Shown here: positions 20,841 through 31,900 of the stretch, piece after piece
How the letters are laid out: each line of letters begins with the position of its first letter
Numbering within the stretch: the first letter of the stretch is position 1
Origin: an uncultured Gemmatimonadaceae bacterium
GTDB taxonomy: Bacteria; Gemmatimonadota; Gemmatimonadetes; Gemmatimonadales; Gemmatimonadaceae
DNA: 64,000 nucleotides
Direction of reading: 5' to 3'
Assembly: GCA_963829055.1 (NCBI GenBank)
Contig: CAWHHI010000017.1
Location: 64,001 to 128,000, forward strand
The notes under the pieces: model-generated
What the model was told of the DNA's origin: nothing
The model's input: the letters and a program-made list of their open reading frames with translations, nothing else
Database searches by the model: none
Program-made: the position numbers and the translations under genes

Positions 20841-22233
20841 ATGGCGATGAAGCGAGTGAAAGCCGAGGAAGATGCGGAGATCATCACGGTCGACGGCCGA
20901 GAGGTCCGCGTCACGCATCCCGACAAGCCGTACTTCTCGCGCGAGGTCACGCTCTCGAAGCTCGACCTCGTTCGGTACTACCTCTCCGTCGCGCCGGGCG
21001 CGGTCGCCGGAATTCGCGATCGCCCCGTCGTGCTCAAGCGATTCGTGAACGGCGCGGAGAGCCCGCCGTTCTACCAGAAGCGTGCGCCGGAAGGCCGGCC
21101 GACGTGGCTGCGGACGGTCACGCTGTCGTTTCCATCAGGACGTACGGCGGAAGAGATCGTCGTCGACGACGCGGCCGGTCTGGCGTGGATCGTCAACCTC
21201 GGCTGCCTCGAGCTGCATCCGCACGCGGTGCGCACGGGCGACCTCGATCATCCGGACGAGCTGCGCATCGATCTCGATCCCGGGCCCGGGCGTTTCGTGG
21301 GACGACGTGCGTCGCGTCGCGATGGAAGCGAAGGGGCTGCTCGAGGAGCTGGGGCTGCGCGGCTGGCCGAAGACGAGCGGCTCGCGCGGCATGCACATGA
21401 ACGTGCGCATTGAACCGCACTGGACGTTCACCGAGGTGCGCCGCGCCGCGCTCGCGTTCTCGCGCGAGATCGAGCGGCGCGCGCCGGCGCTCGCGACGTC
21501 GAAGTGGTGGAAGGAGGAGCGGCGCGGCGTGTTCCTCGACTACAACCAGAACGCGAAGGACCGCACGACCTGCTCGGCCTACTCGGTGCGTCCGCTGCCT
21601 GACGCGCGCGTGTCGGCGCCACTCGAATGGTCGGAGATCCCCGAGTGCGATCCGGCGGACTTCAACACGCTGCACGATGCCGGCGCGGCTGGCGAAGATC
21701 GGCGATCCGCACGCGGGCATGGATGACGCGGCGGGCTCGCTGGACGCGATTGCTCGAGCTCGCGGCACGCGACGAGGCGGCGGGACTCGGCGACGCGCCC
21801 TGGCCGCCGCACTTCCAGAAGATGGATGGCGAGGCGACGCGCGTAGCGCCGTCACGCGCGAAGGGTGCCGCGAAGAAGAAGACGGCTGCGGCTCCGCGCG
21901 CGAAGATGCCGCTCATCGTCGTCGCGAACTCGCCGGACAAGGACGCGGCGCTGGCGGGGCTCGAGCGGTGGAAGGCGAAGCACCCGGACGTCGCGGCGCA
22001 CCTCGCCGCCGGACGACGTGCTGGTCGATTCGATGCGCGGCCGGTCGTCGACGTGGACGCGCATTCGCGTGAACCTGCGCAACGTTCCGGAGGCGGACCG
22101 CCCACCGCAGGAAACGCCGGATCCGGATGACGATCCGACGCGCGAGTGGCGTGAGGCTATGCTGCGTGCCAAGAAAAGCAGGCCGGCATCTCAGAAGAAG
22201 GGGCAAACGGATGCCGCGGATCTGTCGGATTGA
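20841..22233 (+). CDS. Stand-alone LigD-type primase-polymerase (PrimPolC-like) with C-terminal extension, frameshifted
   Basis: THPDKPYF, FYQKRAP, ELRIDLDP, KTSGSRGMH, FLDYNQNAKDRT and YSVRP motifs. Confidence 0.9.
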
Positions 22234-22239
22234 CTCAGG

Positions 22240-22356
22240 TGTCATCCCGAGGAGCGCGAGCGACGAGGGACCTTCTGTGATGGCATCGTAGCTGGTCTGG
22301 CCACGAGTAACTCACAGAAGATCCCTCGCTGACGCTCGCTGACGCTCGGGATGACA
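22240..22356. repeat. Family-B variant palindrome between convergent polymerase and ligase genes
   Basis: TGTCATCCCGAG...CGAGGGA...TCCCTCG...CTCGGGATGACA. Confidence 0.8.
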
Positions 22357-22364
22357 TTGCTCCA

Positions 22365-23452
22365 TCAACGCCCTCGGCGAAGATCTCCGCCAGCTCGTGC
22401 GGCGCGACGACCTCGAGCTGCGCGAACGTGCAATCGCTCGGGCGCTTGTCGGTGCGCCAGCGACGGAACTGCGCCGTGTGCCGGAAGCGGCCGCCCTGCA
22501 TGTGGTCGTACGCCACCTCGACCACGAGCTCCGGGCGCAGCGGCTCCCACGAGAGATCCTTGCCCTGGCTCCAGCGGCTCAGCGCGCCCGGCCGACGCTG
22601 CGTCGCGGCGGTCGCCGGCTCCGCCTCCGCCCACGCGCGCCACGGGTGATCGTCGAGCGCGTTCTCGCGATAGGGCTCGAGGAACGTGACGAGCTCCCGC
22701 CGCTTCGCCGCCGTGAAGCTCGCGCAGACGCCGACGTGCTCGAGGTTGCCGCTGTCGTCGTAGAGGCCGAGCAGCAGCGAGCCTAACGCGACGCCTTCTC
22801 CGTTCTTGTGCCAGCGGAAGCCGGCCACGACACAATCGCAGTCGCGCTCGTGCTTCACCTTGAGCATCACGCGCTTGTTCGGCTCGTAGGTGCCGTTCGG
22901 CGCCTTCGCGATGACGCCGTCGAGCCCCGCGCCCTCGAAGCGCTTGAACCAGTCGGCGCCGACGACGCGGTCGCGCGTCGCCGGCGTGAGGTGGAGCGGC
23001 GGGGCCGCGTTCGCGAGGATCGACTCGAGCGCGGCGCGGCGTTCGCGAAAGGGCGTCGTCGCAGAGGTTGCGGTCGCCCTCGCACAGCAGGTCGAAGAAC
23101 ACGATCGACGCCGGCGATCTCCGTCGCCAGCATCTTCACGCGTGACGCCGCCGGGTGCAGGCGCAACTGCAGCGCCTCGAAGTCGAGCCCGCCCGTCTCG
23201 GGCGATGACGATCTCGCCGTCGAGCACGCAGCGCTCGGGCAGCTGCGCCTTCAGCGGCTCGACCAGCTCCGGGAAGTAGCGATCGAGCGGCTTCTCATCG
23301 CGGCTCTGGATGAACAGCTCGTCGCCATCGCGGAAGACGAGCGTGCGGAAGCCGTCCCACTTCGGCTCGAAGATCCACCCTTCGCCGGGTGGAAGCTCGC
23401 TCACGCGCTTGGCGAGCATCGGCAGCACGGGCGGATTGACGACGAGATTCAT
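22365..23452 (-). CDS. ligC: ATP-dependent DNA ligase, LigC type, with compensating frameshifts
   Basis: PMLAK, EPKWDGFR, LDGEIV, FFDLL, GAGLDGVIAK, KVKHER, SLLLGLY and RFRHTAQFRRWR motifs. Confidence 0.9.
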
Positions 23453-23518
23453 GCCCCATGGTAAACCGGCGACGGCCGCTACGGAACACCATCGCCAGGT
23501 CCCGGCATCAACCCAGGG

Positions 23519-24004
23519 TCAATCGAGGCTCAGCTTCATCCCGACGTGCGATGGGACAAATCCCAGGCGCTCGTAGAAGCGGAGCGCATCGACCCGCGTG
23601 CGGTCGCTCGTGAGCTGGACGAGCCGGCAGCCGAGGGTCCGGGCTCGCTCGATCGCTGCTCGCATGAGGTGCTCACCGATGCCGTGCCCACGATGCTGCG
23701 AGCTCACACGCACGCCCTCGAACTGGCCGCGCGTCAGCCCCGCTCGGCTCATTCCCCGGATGATGGTGAGCTGAAGGCAGCCAACAACCTCACCTTCCAT
23801 TTCCGCAACCAGATACTCGTTGCCGGGGTGCTGCATCATCGCATCGAATGCGTCCCAGTACACCTGCGCCAGCGGCTCACCAACTGCCCCGACGATCTCG
23901 CGGGTTGCGCCGAGTCGGTCGTCGGCGAGCAGGCGGACGATGGCGGGTACGTCGGCGCGTTCGGCGCGTCTCACGCGAACATCGCTGGAAATCTTATCGG
24001 GCAT
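23519..24004 (-). CDS. GNAT acetyltransferase
   Basis: VRVSSQHRGHGIG acetyl-CoA motif; LVQLTSD; FYERLGF. Confidence 0.9.
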   Translation of the reverse strand: MPDKISSDVRVRRAERADVPAIVRLLADDRLGATREIVGAVGEPLAQVYWDAFDAMMQHPGNEYLVAEMEGEVVGCLQLTIIRGMSRAGLTRGQFEGVRVSSQHRGHGIGEHLMRAAIERARTLGCRLVQLTSDRTRVDALRFYERLGFVPSHVGMKLSLD

Positions 24005-24150
24005 GTGATTGAACCGCGTGACAGGATTGCAGGATTGACAGGATTGGACGGCGGTGCCGCGCGGTGCGTGACATTGCCAACGTATCGCGCCTAACGGTCG
24101 TCAGGCCATATTACCCGAGCGCAGCCGACTCGTGAACAGGAATCCCTCGA

Positions 24151-24843
24151 ATGAACGACGTGAAGACCGCCCTCGCCTGGCTCGAGCGGCACGCCAGCAA
24201 AGCCACGCGCGACGGCATGGCGCGCTACGGTGTGCCGTCCGACACCGCGATCGGCGTGACGATGGCGAACATGAAGGTGCTCGCCAAGCAGATCGGACGG
24301 AATCACGAGCTGGCCGAAGGGCTCTGGAAGAACGGGATGTACGAGGCGCGCATGGTCGCGGGGCTCATCGACGAGCCTGCGCGTGTCACCGCGGCGCAGA
24401 TGGATCGTTGGGCGAAGGACTTCGACAACTGGGGCATCTGCGACACCGTCTGCTTCGCGCTCTTCGATCGCACGCCGCACGCGTGGAAGAAGGTCGCGCG
24501 CTGGCACGATCGGCGAGAGGAATTCGTCAAGCGCGCCGCGTTCGCGTTGCTGTGGGGACTCACCGTCCACGACAAAGAGGCTGACGACAACGCGTTCGTC
24601 GACGGGCTGGGGTTCATCGAGCAGGGAGCTACTGATGAACGGCACTTCGTCAAGAAAGCGGTCAACATGGCGCTGCGTGCGGTCGGCAAGCGGAACGCTA
24701 CGCTCAATGCCGCGGCGACGAAGACGGCACAACGCCTGGCTACGTCGTCGGACGAACACGCGAAGTGGGTCGGCAAGGACGCGCTCCGGGAGCTCACGAG
24801 CCCGGCGCTCGCCCGTCGCCTCGCTGCCAAACCCAAGCGGTGA
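24151..24843 (+). CDS. DNA alkylation repair protein (AlkD-like HEAT-repeat glycosylase family)
   Basis: FDNWGICDTVC, EEFVKRAAF and DERHFVKKAVNMALRAVGKR motifs. Confidence 0.88.
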   Translation: MNDVKTALAWLERHASKATRDGMARYGVPSDTAIGVTMANMKVLAKQIGRNHELAEGLWKNGMYEARMVAGLIDEPARVTAAQMDRWAKDFDNWGICDTVCFALFDRTPHAWKKVARWHDRREEFVKRAAFALLWGLTVHDKEADDNAFVDGLGFIEQGATDERHFVKKAVNMALRAVGKRNATLNAAATKTAQRLATSSDEHAKWVGKDALRELTSPALARRLAAKPKR

Positions 24844-24870
24844 ACCAGGCGAAGGACGCGACTGACTTCT

Positions 24871-26256
24871 TCAACGGGGCTTTGAAGTAGCCAGCGGAAA
24901 CTCCGCGACCCCAATGCGCACGATCGTGTTCCGTCCGCGTCGCCCGTTCTCCACGCGCGCCGGAGTCTGCGCCTCCTCGGGCCAGATGCCATACACCTTG
25001 CCCTCGAGCGCGGCGAGCCCGTTGTAGTCGCCGAGGAACGAGGACTCGCGCGGGTCGAACGAGACGTCCGTCCAGGCGTAGTTCGTGAACGTGCGCGCGC
25101 CGTCCGTCGATCGAGCGAGCACGACGATCGGCCTGACGTTCGTCGAGTCGCCGCGGCGATCGTAGAACATGACGTACGCCGAGCCGTCGGCTGGATCGAC
25201 CGCGACCCACTGCATGAACTGATCTTTCCCGTTATGCACCGGATCGTCGTTCACGCGCGTCGGCTTCGACCACGTGCGGCCGCGATCGGCGCTCGAGGCG
25301 ACGAAGATGTCGATGTCGCCGTTGCGGTAGTCGCCCCACGAGACGTAGAGGCGCTGGCTCTTCGGCTCGATCGCAATGTTCGGGAATCCATTCCCGCGCG
25401 AGAAGTTCGCGATGTTGAAGTACGGCGGTGCCGTCTCGATCACGCGACGCGATGGCGTGAACGTCTTGCCGCCGTCGCGCGACGTGGTGAACACGATGCC
25501 TTTGCCGTCGTGCCAGGTGGCGTAGAGCGTGCCATCGTCCGCGATCGCGGCGCGGAAGCCGACGAGGCCGCCGGTGTCGTCGCGTGGGAGACCGGGCTCT
25601 GTGCTCACGACCTTCGGCGTGCTCCACGTTAGGCCGTCGTCGGTCGAGCGGGAGAACAGCATCACGGTGCGATCGACCTGGAACTGGATCCAGCCGATGT
25701 AGAGATTGCCAACGTAGGGGCTCTTCTCGCGCGTGTCGGCGACGATGGACGGCATGTCCTCCCACGGGAGGCCGGGTTTCGTCTCCGGATGTTCGACGAC
25801 GACGTTAGGCTCCTTCGCCCACGTCTTGCCGCCGTCGGGCGAGCGCCGCACGAAGATCCCGCCGCGCGAGCCGCCGAGCGCCCAGTAGGACGTCACGCCG
25901 GTGCGGTCGAACGCGATGTAGCAGAGGAAGGCATGACCGTGCCGGTCGATGGTGACAGACACGTCGCCGGCGACCTTGTAGTTGGGCGGGACGGTGCCTT
26001 CCGCGCCGATCCATGTGGCGCCGCCGTCGGTCGACCACGATGCGCTCGCCTGATTCTGATACACGCCGACGACGTGCCGCGCGTTGCGTGGGTCGATGGC
26101 GATGCCGGGCTCGGTGAATGGGCCGGGTTCGGTGATGGTACTCACGCGCGCACCGGGTGCACGCGGCAGCGGCTCGCGCACGAAGCTCTGCCCGCTCGCC
26201 GCGGACGACGCGAGCGCGACGATTGGAACGAGACTACTCAGGCGAAGAGTTGTCAT
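24871..26256 (-). CDS. Secreted sialidase-like (BNR/Asp-box) protein
   Basis: Five S-x-D-x-G-x-T-W/F Asp boxes; signal peptide; the ATG lies inside the end of a family-B repeat. Confidence 0.85.
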   Translation of the reverse strand: MTTLRLSSLVPIVALASSAASGQSFVREPLPRAPGARVSTITEPGPFTEPGIAIDPRNARHVVGVYQNQASASWSTDGGATWIGAEGTVPPNYKVAGDVSVTIDRHGHAFLCYIAFDRTGVTSYWALGGSRGGIFVRRSPDGGKTWAKEPNVVVEHPETKPGLPWEDMPSIVADTREKSPYVGNLYIGWIQFQVDRTVMLFSRSTDDGLTWSTPKVVSTEPGLPRDDTGGLVGFRAAIADDGTLYATWHDGKGIVFTTSRDGGKTFTPSRRVIETAPPYFNIANFSRGNGFPNIAIEPKSQRLYVSWGDYRNGDIDIFVASSADRGRTWSKPTRVNDDPVHNGKDQFMQWVAVDPADGSAYVMFYDRRGDSTNVRPIVVLARSTDGARTFTNYAWTDVSFDPRESSFLGDYNGLAALEGKVYGIWPEEAQTPARVENGRRGRNTIVRIGVAEFPLATSKPR

Positions 26257-26408
26257 TCCGAGCGGAGGGTTGTCATTCCGCAGTCGAGGAATCGGTTGTC
26301 ATTCCGAGCGAAGTCGAGGAATCGCGATCGTCCCGGTAGAGGGGTCCCTCTACCGGTACGAGTCTCGATTCCTCGACTTCGCCGCTTCGCGGCTCCGCTC
26401 GGAATGAC
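26251..26408. repeat. REP-like palindrome family B with triplicated left end
   Basis: Three TGTCATTCCG starts, GTCGAGGAATC/GATTCCTCGAC stem and CGCTCGGAATGAC end. Confidence 0.9.
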
Positions 26409-26483
26409 GGCCGTGAATTGCCAAGCAAGCATGGATGTCGTATCTGCTATTCGCAATTCGACCTGCCACCGGAGTTTGTTCTT

Positions 26484-27537
26484 ATGCGCGTTTCCAACAT
26501 GGTACACGCCGTCGATGCCCACGCGTGCGGCGAGCCGGGACGCGTCATCGTCGGCGGCGTGCTCGACGTGCCCGGCAAGACCATGTACGACAAGATGTGC
26601 CACCTCCGCGATCACGCCGACGGCCTGCGCAAGCGCATGCTGCGCGAGCCGCGCGGGTATCCTGCCGCGAACTGCAATCTGATCCTCCCGTCATCGAACC
26701 CCGAGGCGGACGCCGGCTACGTCATCATGGAACAGGTCGAGTATCCGGGCATGTCGGGCACGAACACGATCTGCGTCACGACCGTGCTGCTCGAGACGGG
26801 AATGCTGCCCATGCAGGAGCCGGTCACGGAGCTCACGCTCGAGAGTCCCGCGGGACTCATCCGCGTGCGCGCCGACTGCGTGAACGGCAAGGTCAAGCGC
26901 GTGACGTTCCGCAACGTCCCCGCGTTCGCCGCCTACCTCGACACGAGCATCGAGGTTCCGCACCTCGGCACCGTCGTCGTCGACGTCGCCTACGGCGGCA
27001 TGTTCTACGTCATCGCCGACGCGACGCAGTTCGGCCTTCGCCTAACGCCTGACGAGGGCGGCGACATCGTGCGCATCGGCGAGATGATCAAGGCCGCCGC
27101 GCGCGAGCAGTGTCCCGATCGTTCACCCGGAGCAGCCGGGATTCGAGGGCGTGACCATCGCGCAGCTCTCCGGCCCGCCGCTCCGCGACGATGCCGACTG
27201 GCAGAACTGCGTCGTCGTGTCTACCGGAGAGCTCGACTGGAACAAGCCGAGCACGTGGACGGGGGCGATCGATCGATCGCCGTGCGGCACGGGAACGTGC
27301 GCGAAGATGGCGACGCTCCACGCCAGAGGGAAACTCGCGCTCAATCAGGACTTCCGACACGCCGGCGTGTTCGGCACCGTGTTCACCGGTCGTCTCGTCG
27401 AGGAGACGAAGGTCGGCAAGTACACGGCGGTCGTCCCGACGCTCGGCGGCCAGGCGTGGATCACGGGCATGGCGACGTACGTCGTCGATCCGGATGATCC
27501 CTTCCCCGACGGATTCACGGTCGGCGACATCTGGTAG
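26484..27537 (+). CDS. Proline racemase superfamily protein (Ser/Cys type), frameshift near 27110
   Basis: VDAHACGEPGR, LREPRG, YPGMSGTN, DVAYGG and DRSPCGTGT motifs. Confidence 0.9.
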
Positions 27538-27555
27538 GACCCGCGGCCATACCGC

Positions 27556-28377
27556 CTAACGTTCGGCCGGCGCGTCGTCGCGAGGCGTCGCGTTCGCCTC
27601 GCCAAGCAGGAGCGGCAGGCGGTCGCGGTAGCTCCGACTCAGCCGCAAGCGTGCGCCGCGCCGAGTCCGGATGATGTACTCGCCGTGGTAGTACGGCTCG
27701 AGCGACACGATGCTCGACCGACGCACCAATGCCGACCGGTGTACGCGGACGAAGTCCCGAGGATCGAGACGCTGTTCGAGCGCCGAGAGCGTCGATCGAT
27801 AGAGGTGAGACTTGGCCGTTGTATGCAGGCGCAGATAGTCACCGTCCGCTTCGACCCATTCCACGTCCGCGACCTCGACGAACGTGATCTTGCCGGTGGC
27901 TCGGATCGGGATTCGCACGAGCGGCGTCACGCTGGGCGTCCCCGCGGCCGACGAGGACGCGGGCGCCACAGCAGGGAGCGATCCAGGGGCGGTGCTTGAT
28001 TCTCGCGCCGCGCGCTCGGCGAGCCGCTCCCGCACCCGGACCAGCGTGCGGTTGAAGCGCTCCTCGCCAACGGGCTTCAGGAGATAGTCGATCGCTTCGT
28101 GCTCGAAAGCACGGACGGCATGCGCGTCGAACGCAGTGACGAAGACGACCGCCGGAACGGCCCGCGGACCGAGCGCTTCGAGCACACCGAGACCGGAGAG
28201 GCCGGGCATCTGTACGTCGAGGAACAGCGCGTCCGGATCGTGCTGATCGACCGCGGTGACCGCTTCGGTTCCGCTGCCGCACTCGGCCACTACAACCACA
28301 TCGCTGTGGCGCCCGAGCAGTACACGAAGCCGTTTTCGCGCGAGCGGTTCGTCGTCCACGATGATCACGCGCATCAC
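27556..28377 (-). CDS. LytTR response regulator
   Basis: IVDDEPLAR, FLDVQMP, FVTAFD and DYLLKP receiver motifs; LytTR FVRVHRS and LSRSY. Confidence 0.93.
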   Translation of the reverse strand: MMRVIIVDDEPLARKRLRVLLGRHSDVVVVAECGSGTEAVTAVDQHDPDALFLDVQMPGLSGLGVLEALGPRAVPAVVFVTAFDAHAVRAFEHEAIDYLLKPVGEERFNRTLVRVRERLAERAARESSTAPGSLPAVAPASSSAAGTPSVTPLVRIPIRATGKITFVEVADVEWVEADGDYLRLHTTAKSHLYRSTLSALEQRLDPRDFVRVHRSALVRRSSIVSLEPYYHGEYIIRTRRGARLRLSRSYRDRLPLLLGEANATPRDDAPAER

Positions 28378-29498
28378 GACGGCATCTCCTGCGACACCGA
28401 TGCGCGACGCAGCGGCAAGACAACAGTCGCGCGCGTGCCGCCACGCGGCCCAGCCATCACGCGCAGCGACGCGGCTGCTCCGTACGATCGAACCAGGCGC
28501 TCCGCCGTGTTCCGGAGCCCGAGGCCGCGTGAGCCGGCGAGCGAGAACGCCGGCGAGACACCCACACCGTCATCCGTTACCTCGACGCGAAGCCCTGCGC
28601 CGTCGGCACAGGCGTGGACGCGTACAATGCCGCCCTCGACAGATGGCTGTATGCCATGGCGGACCGCGTTCTCGACAAGTGGTTGGAGAATGAGCATCGG
28701 GACGAGCGCATCGTCGAGCGTGCCGTCGACGTCAATGTCCACCGCGAGACGCCCGCTGAACCGGACGCGCTCGATCTCCAGGTAGCTCCTCACCAGCGCA
28801 ATCTCATCTGCCAGCGTGATCTCGGCGTGCTCGGCATGCTCGAGTGTCTGGCGCAGGAAACCGCTCAGGTGCTCGATCATTCGCTGAGCGGCGACAGGAT
28901 CGTCATCGACGAGCGCGGAGATGGCGTTGAGGCTGTTGAAGAGGAAGTGCGGATCCAGCTGCATGCGCAGCACCTGCAGCTGCGCTCGCGACGCCTCGTC
29001 GCGCAGCAGCGCCTCCCGTTGCCGACGCGTTCGGGCAGCGTACTCGTGCTCCAGTGCGTACGCCATGAGCGCCACGATAATGCCGACGAGCGCGTCGTGC
29101 CTAACGACCACCCGGAATAGCGCCGGAGCACTCGCGGTACCATCGAACGTCGCGCGCAGCGCGGGCCACGCGTGCGACAACGCCGTCACCACGACGGCGT
29201 GCACGACGATCGTCGCGAGCACCAGCCCGCCCAATGCGAATGTGGTCGCGGCACGGTGCCACGTAGCACCGAGCGCGCGACGAAAGAGGCGGGCCTGCGG
29301 TAGCGTCACCACTACCCACAGCGCCACGATCGCGACCAACACCCCAGTCGGTGGCGCCCCAGGCACGCCCGCCGCGCCACCGGCCTCGCCGCGCCCCACA
29401 GTCAACTCCGCTGCCGCGGCGCCGCACGCGATGACGAGCAGTAGCACACGATCGACTCGTCCGGGCGGCATCTGCGGGTTGGTCGTCGCTGGAGGCAT
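28374..29498 (-). CDS. LytS/YehU-type sensor histidine kinase
   Basis: TM helices; QLDPHFLFNSLNAI; LQPLVENAVRHG; GLGLRN. Confidence 0.92.
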   Translation of the reverse strand: MPPATTNPQMPPGRVDRVLLLVIACGAAAAELTVGRGEAGGAAGVPGAPPTGVLVAIVALWVVVTLPQARLFRRALGATWHRAATTFALGGLVLATIVVHAVVVTALSHAWPALRATFDGTASAPALFRVVVRHDALVGIIVALMAYALEHEYAARTRRQREALLRDEASRAQLQVLRMQLDPHFLFNSLNAISALVDDDPVAAQRMIEHLSGFLRQTLEHAEHAEITLADEIALVRSYLEIERVRFSGRLAVDIDVDGTLDDALVPMLILQPLVENAVRHGIQPSVEGGIVRVHACADGAGLRVEVTDDGVGVSPAFSLAGSRGLGLRNTAERLVRSYGAAASLRVMAGPRGGTRATVVLPLRRASVSQEMPS

Positions 29499-29670
29499 GG
29501 CTACACGATGCGTTCGAAGACTCGGCGCGGAAAGCCTGCTCGACGTGCGGTAAGGCCGGTTCGTCGATCCGCCGCGCCGGCCGGCCGAGTCGACGCGGAA
29601 GCAACCGGGCGTCGACACGATCGTAGCGCCGTTCACTCGCGCAGCATCCGCAAACACAGGAGTTACACCA

Positions 29671-31211
29671 GTGCTCATTGCTCGCCCTACCTCTCGCACT
29701 ATTGTCATCGCCGCGGCGGTGACTCTTCTCAGTAGTCCCGTCCCAGCAGGCGCCCAACCGCAGTGCTCCGCGCGCACGTTCACCGCGTGCGGCGTACGCG
29801 TCGAGAACAGTCGCGTCATCGTGCAGGGGGCTGCTGCACAGCCCATTGGATTGTTAGGCTGGCGCGGCACCGGACTCGCGCCTCGGTCGGCCGCCAGCTT
29901 CCCAAGCGATTCAGCCGTGCTCGGACCACTCGGCCCGCTCATCGACGCCATGCCTGGCGCCGGTATTGTGATCGGGCTCCTCGAGCCGGACGGCCGTACG
30001 CGCGTCATCACGCATGGCACGTCGGGACGCCATGGCGTGCCGTTGAGCGACAGCACCGTATTCGAGATTGGATCCGTGACGAAGGTGTTCACCGCCGTCG
30101 TGCTCGCCGATATGGTGGCGAAGCGCGAGGTCCGGCTCGATGACCCGGTCGCGAATTATCTGCCGCCGTCCGTTCGGATGCCGTCGAGAGATGGCCGAGC
30201 AATAACGCTTCTCGATCTGGCGACTCATACGTCCGGTCTGCCACGCAACCCGACGAACCTCGCAGCTGCGGATTCCGGCGGTCCCTACGCGCGCTACGAT
30301 GTCGGCAACCTCTACGCGTTCCTGTCGTCCTATGGCCTAACGCGTGCGCCAGCGACGCAGTTCGAGTACTCGAACGTCGGCTTTGGGCTTCTCGGGCACG
30401 CGCTCGCGCGCCACGCCGACACATCGTACGACGCGCTCGTCCGCGCACGACTGCTCGACCCGCTCGGCATGCGCGACACACGCATCGCGCTCGACGCCGA
30501 GCGTGAGGCGCGGTTTGCGGTGGGGCACGCGGTTGATGGCACGGTCGTGGGTCCGTGGGAGTTGCCCGCGCTTGCCGGCGCCGGTGCCTACCGCTCGACG
30601 GTCGCAGACCTCCTTCGCTTCGTGAAGGCGAATCTCGCAGTCGGACGCCAACCCGCTCGGCCTAACGCTGGCAAGTGCGCGTCTCGCGCGGCGAGCCACC
30701 CCGGTTTCCGGCATGGGCATGGCCCTCGGCTGGCAGACGCATCTTCCGGACAACGACACGGTGCCCGCGTTCGTCTGGAAGGACGGTCAGACCGGCGGCT
30801 TTGCCTCGTTCATCGGCGTCGACGTCGCGCGGCATTGAGGCGTGGTGATGCTCGCGAACGTCGCGGGAGCGGAAGCGCTGGACGCGGTCGGCATCGGTCT
30901 ACTGAGCGACAAGAACGCGGGAAACCTGGCCGTCCGGGGCATCGGTTCCGACGGACAGCGTGTTGGATACGTACGTCGGCGAATATGAACTCGCCCCAGC
31001 GTTCCACATGGTGGTCACGCGAGCGAAGCACACGTTGTATGTCCAGGCAACGGGGCAGAATCGCCTGACGCTCCTGGCTCGAAGCGATCGGGAGTTCGAC
31101 GTCGTGGGTGTCGCGGCGCGCGTCCGATTCGACATCGACGCCGGCGGTCACGTGACGTCGCTCGTTCTGGAACAGGGTGGGAAATCGTCGGCCGCCCGCC
31201 GCATACGGTGA
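29671..31211 (+). CDS. Serine hydrolase (class C beta-lactamase/D-Ala peptidase fold) with C-terminal DUF3471-like domain, frameshifted
   Basis: FEIGSVTK (SxxK), LATHTSGL and FEYSN motifs; C-terminal LDTYVGEYEL; RBS AGGAG. Confidence 0.87.
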
Positions 31212-31223
31212 GCGAAGCCTCGC

Positions 31224-31638
31224 TCAGGCGGAAAGCGGGTGCCCGATCTCCCAGTGGTGACCGAATGGGTCGACGACGCGGCCGAGCCGCCATCCATAAT
31301 CTTCCTTCACCGCGACGATCTCGCGCGCACCCGCGGCCTTGGCTCGCTCGACCATCGCATCGGGATCCGGCACGGTCAGGATCATCCGAGTCGTCGATCC
31401 GTTCAGCGACTCGGGGCTGAAGTTCGCGTGCTCGGGAGACTCGTCGGCGACCCAGAACTCGGCGCTCTCGAGGGCAAGCCGCGAGACCACGGCACCATTG
31501 GGAGACTCAACGCGGAACACCTCGACCGCTCCGAAGGCAGACTTGTAGAACTCCACCGCGCGCGCGCCGTTTCGAACGGACAACATCGGGGCGACGGAGT
31601 ATGCGACCGAAGCGGCGTGAACTAACGTCAGGACTCAT
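31224..31638 (-). CDS. VOC/PhnB-family protein
   Basis: AVEFYKSAFGA; YGWRLGRVVDPFGHHWEI; the start needs a frameshift, otherwise ATG at 31586. Confidence 0.88.
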
Positions 31639-31673
31639 CGATTCCCTCAGCCGGAATGGGCGGGCGAGAACGT

Positions 31674-31865
31674 CTAGAACGAGCTCCCGACCGCCTGCCG
31701 CAGCTCCTCCGCGAGCGACGCGTCGAGAACGTGAAAATACCACCCCTCGCGCTGAACGACATACTGCGCATTGTTGGCGTCCACCACCGTGCGCGCGGCG
31801 TGCAGACCGCGCTTCGAGTACGTCATGCGATACCCCCGCGGCGTTTGCTTCTCGCTTACCTGCAC
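31674..31865 (-). CDS. Small hypothetical protein (about 63 aa)
   Basis: Fills the gap between two minus-strand genes; protein-like composition (YVVQREGWYFHVLD). Confidence 0.45.
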   Translation of the reverse strand: MQVSEKQTPRGYRMTYSKRGLHAARTVVDANNAQYVVQREGWYFHVLDASLAEELRQAVGSSF

Positions 31866-31900
31866 TGCGCGAGCGGGCGTGAGATGTCCAGCTCGCAACG

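Noticed and set aside
21290..22020. Programmed frameshifting in the polymerase or other split genes
   Set aside because: No consistent slippery sites are visible, and indels affect many unrelated genes, so sequencing error is simpler.
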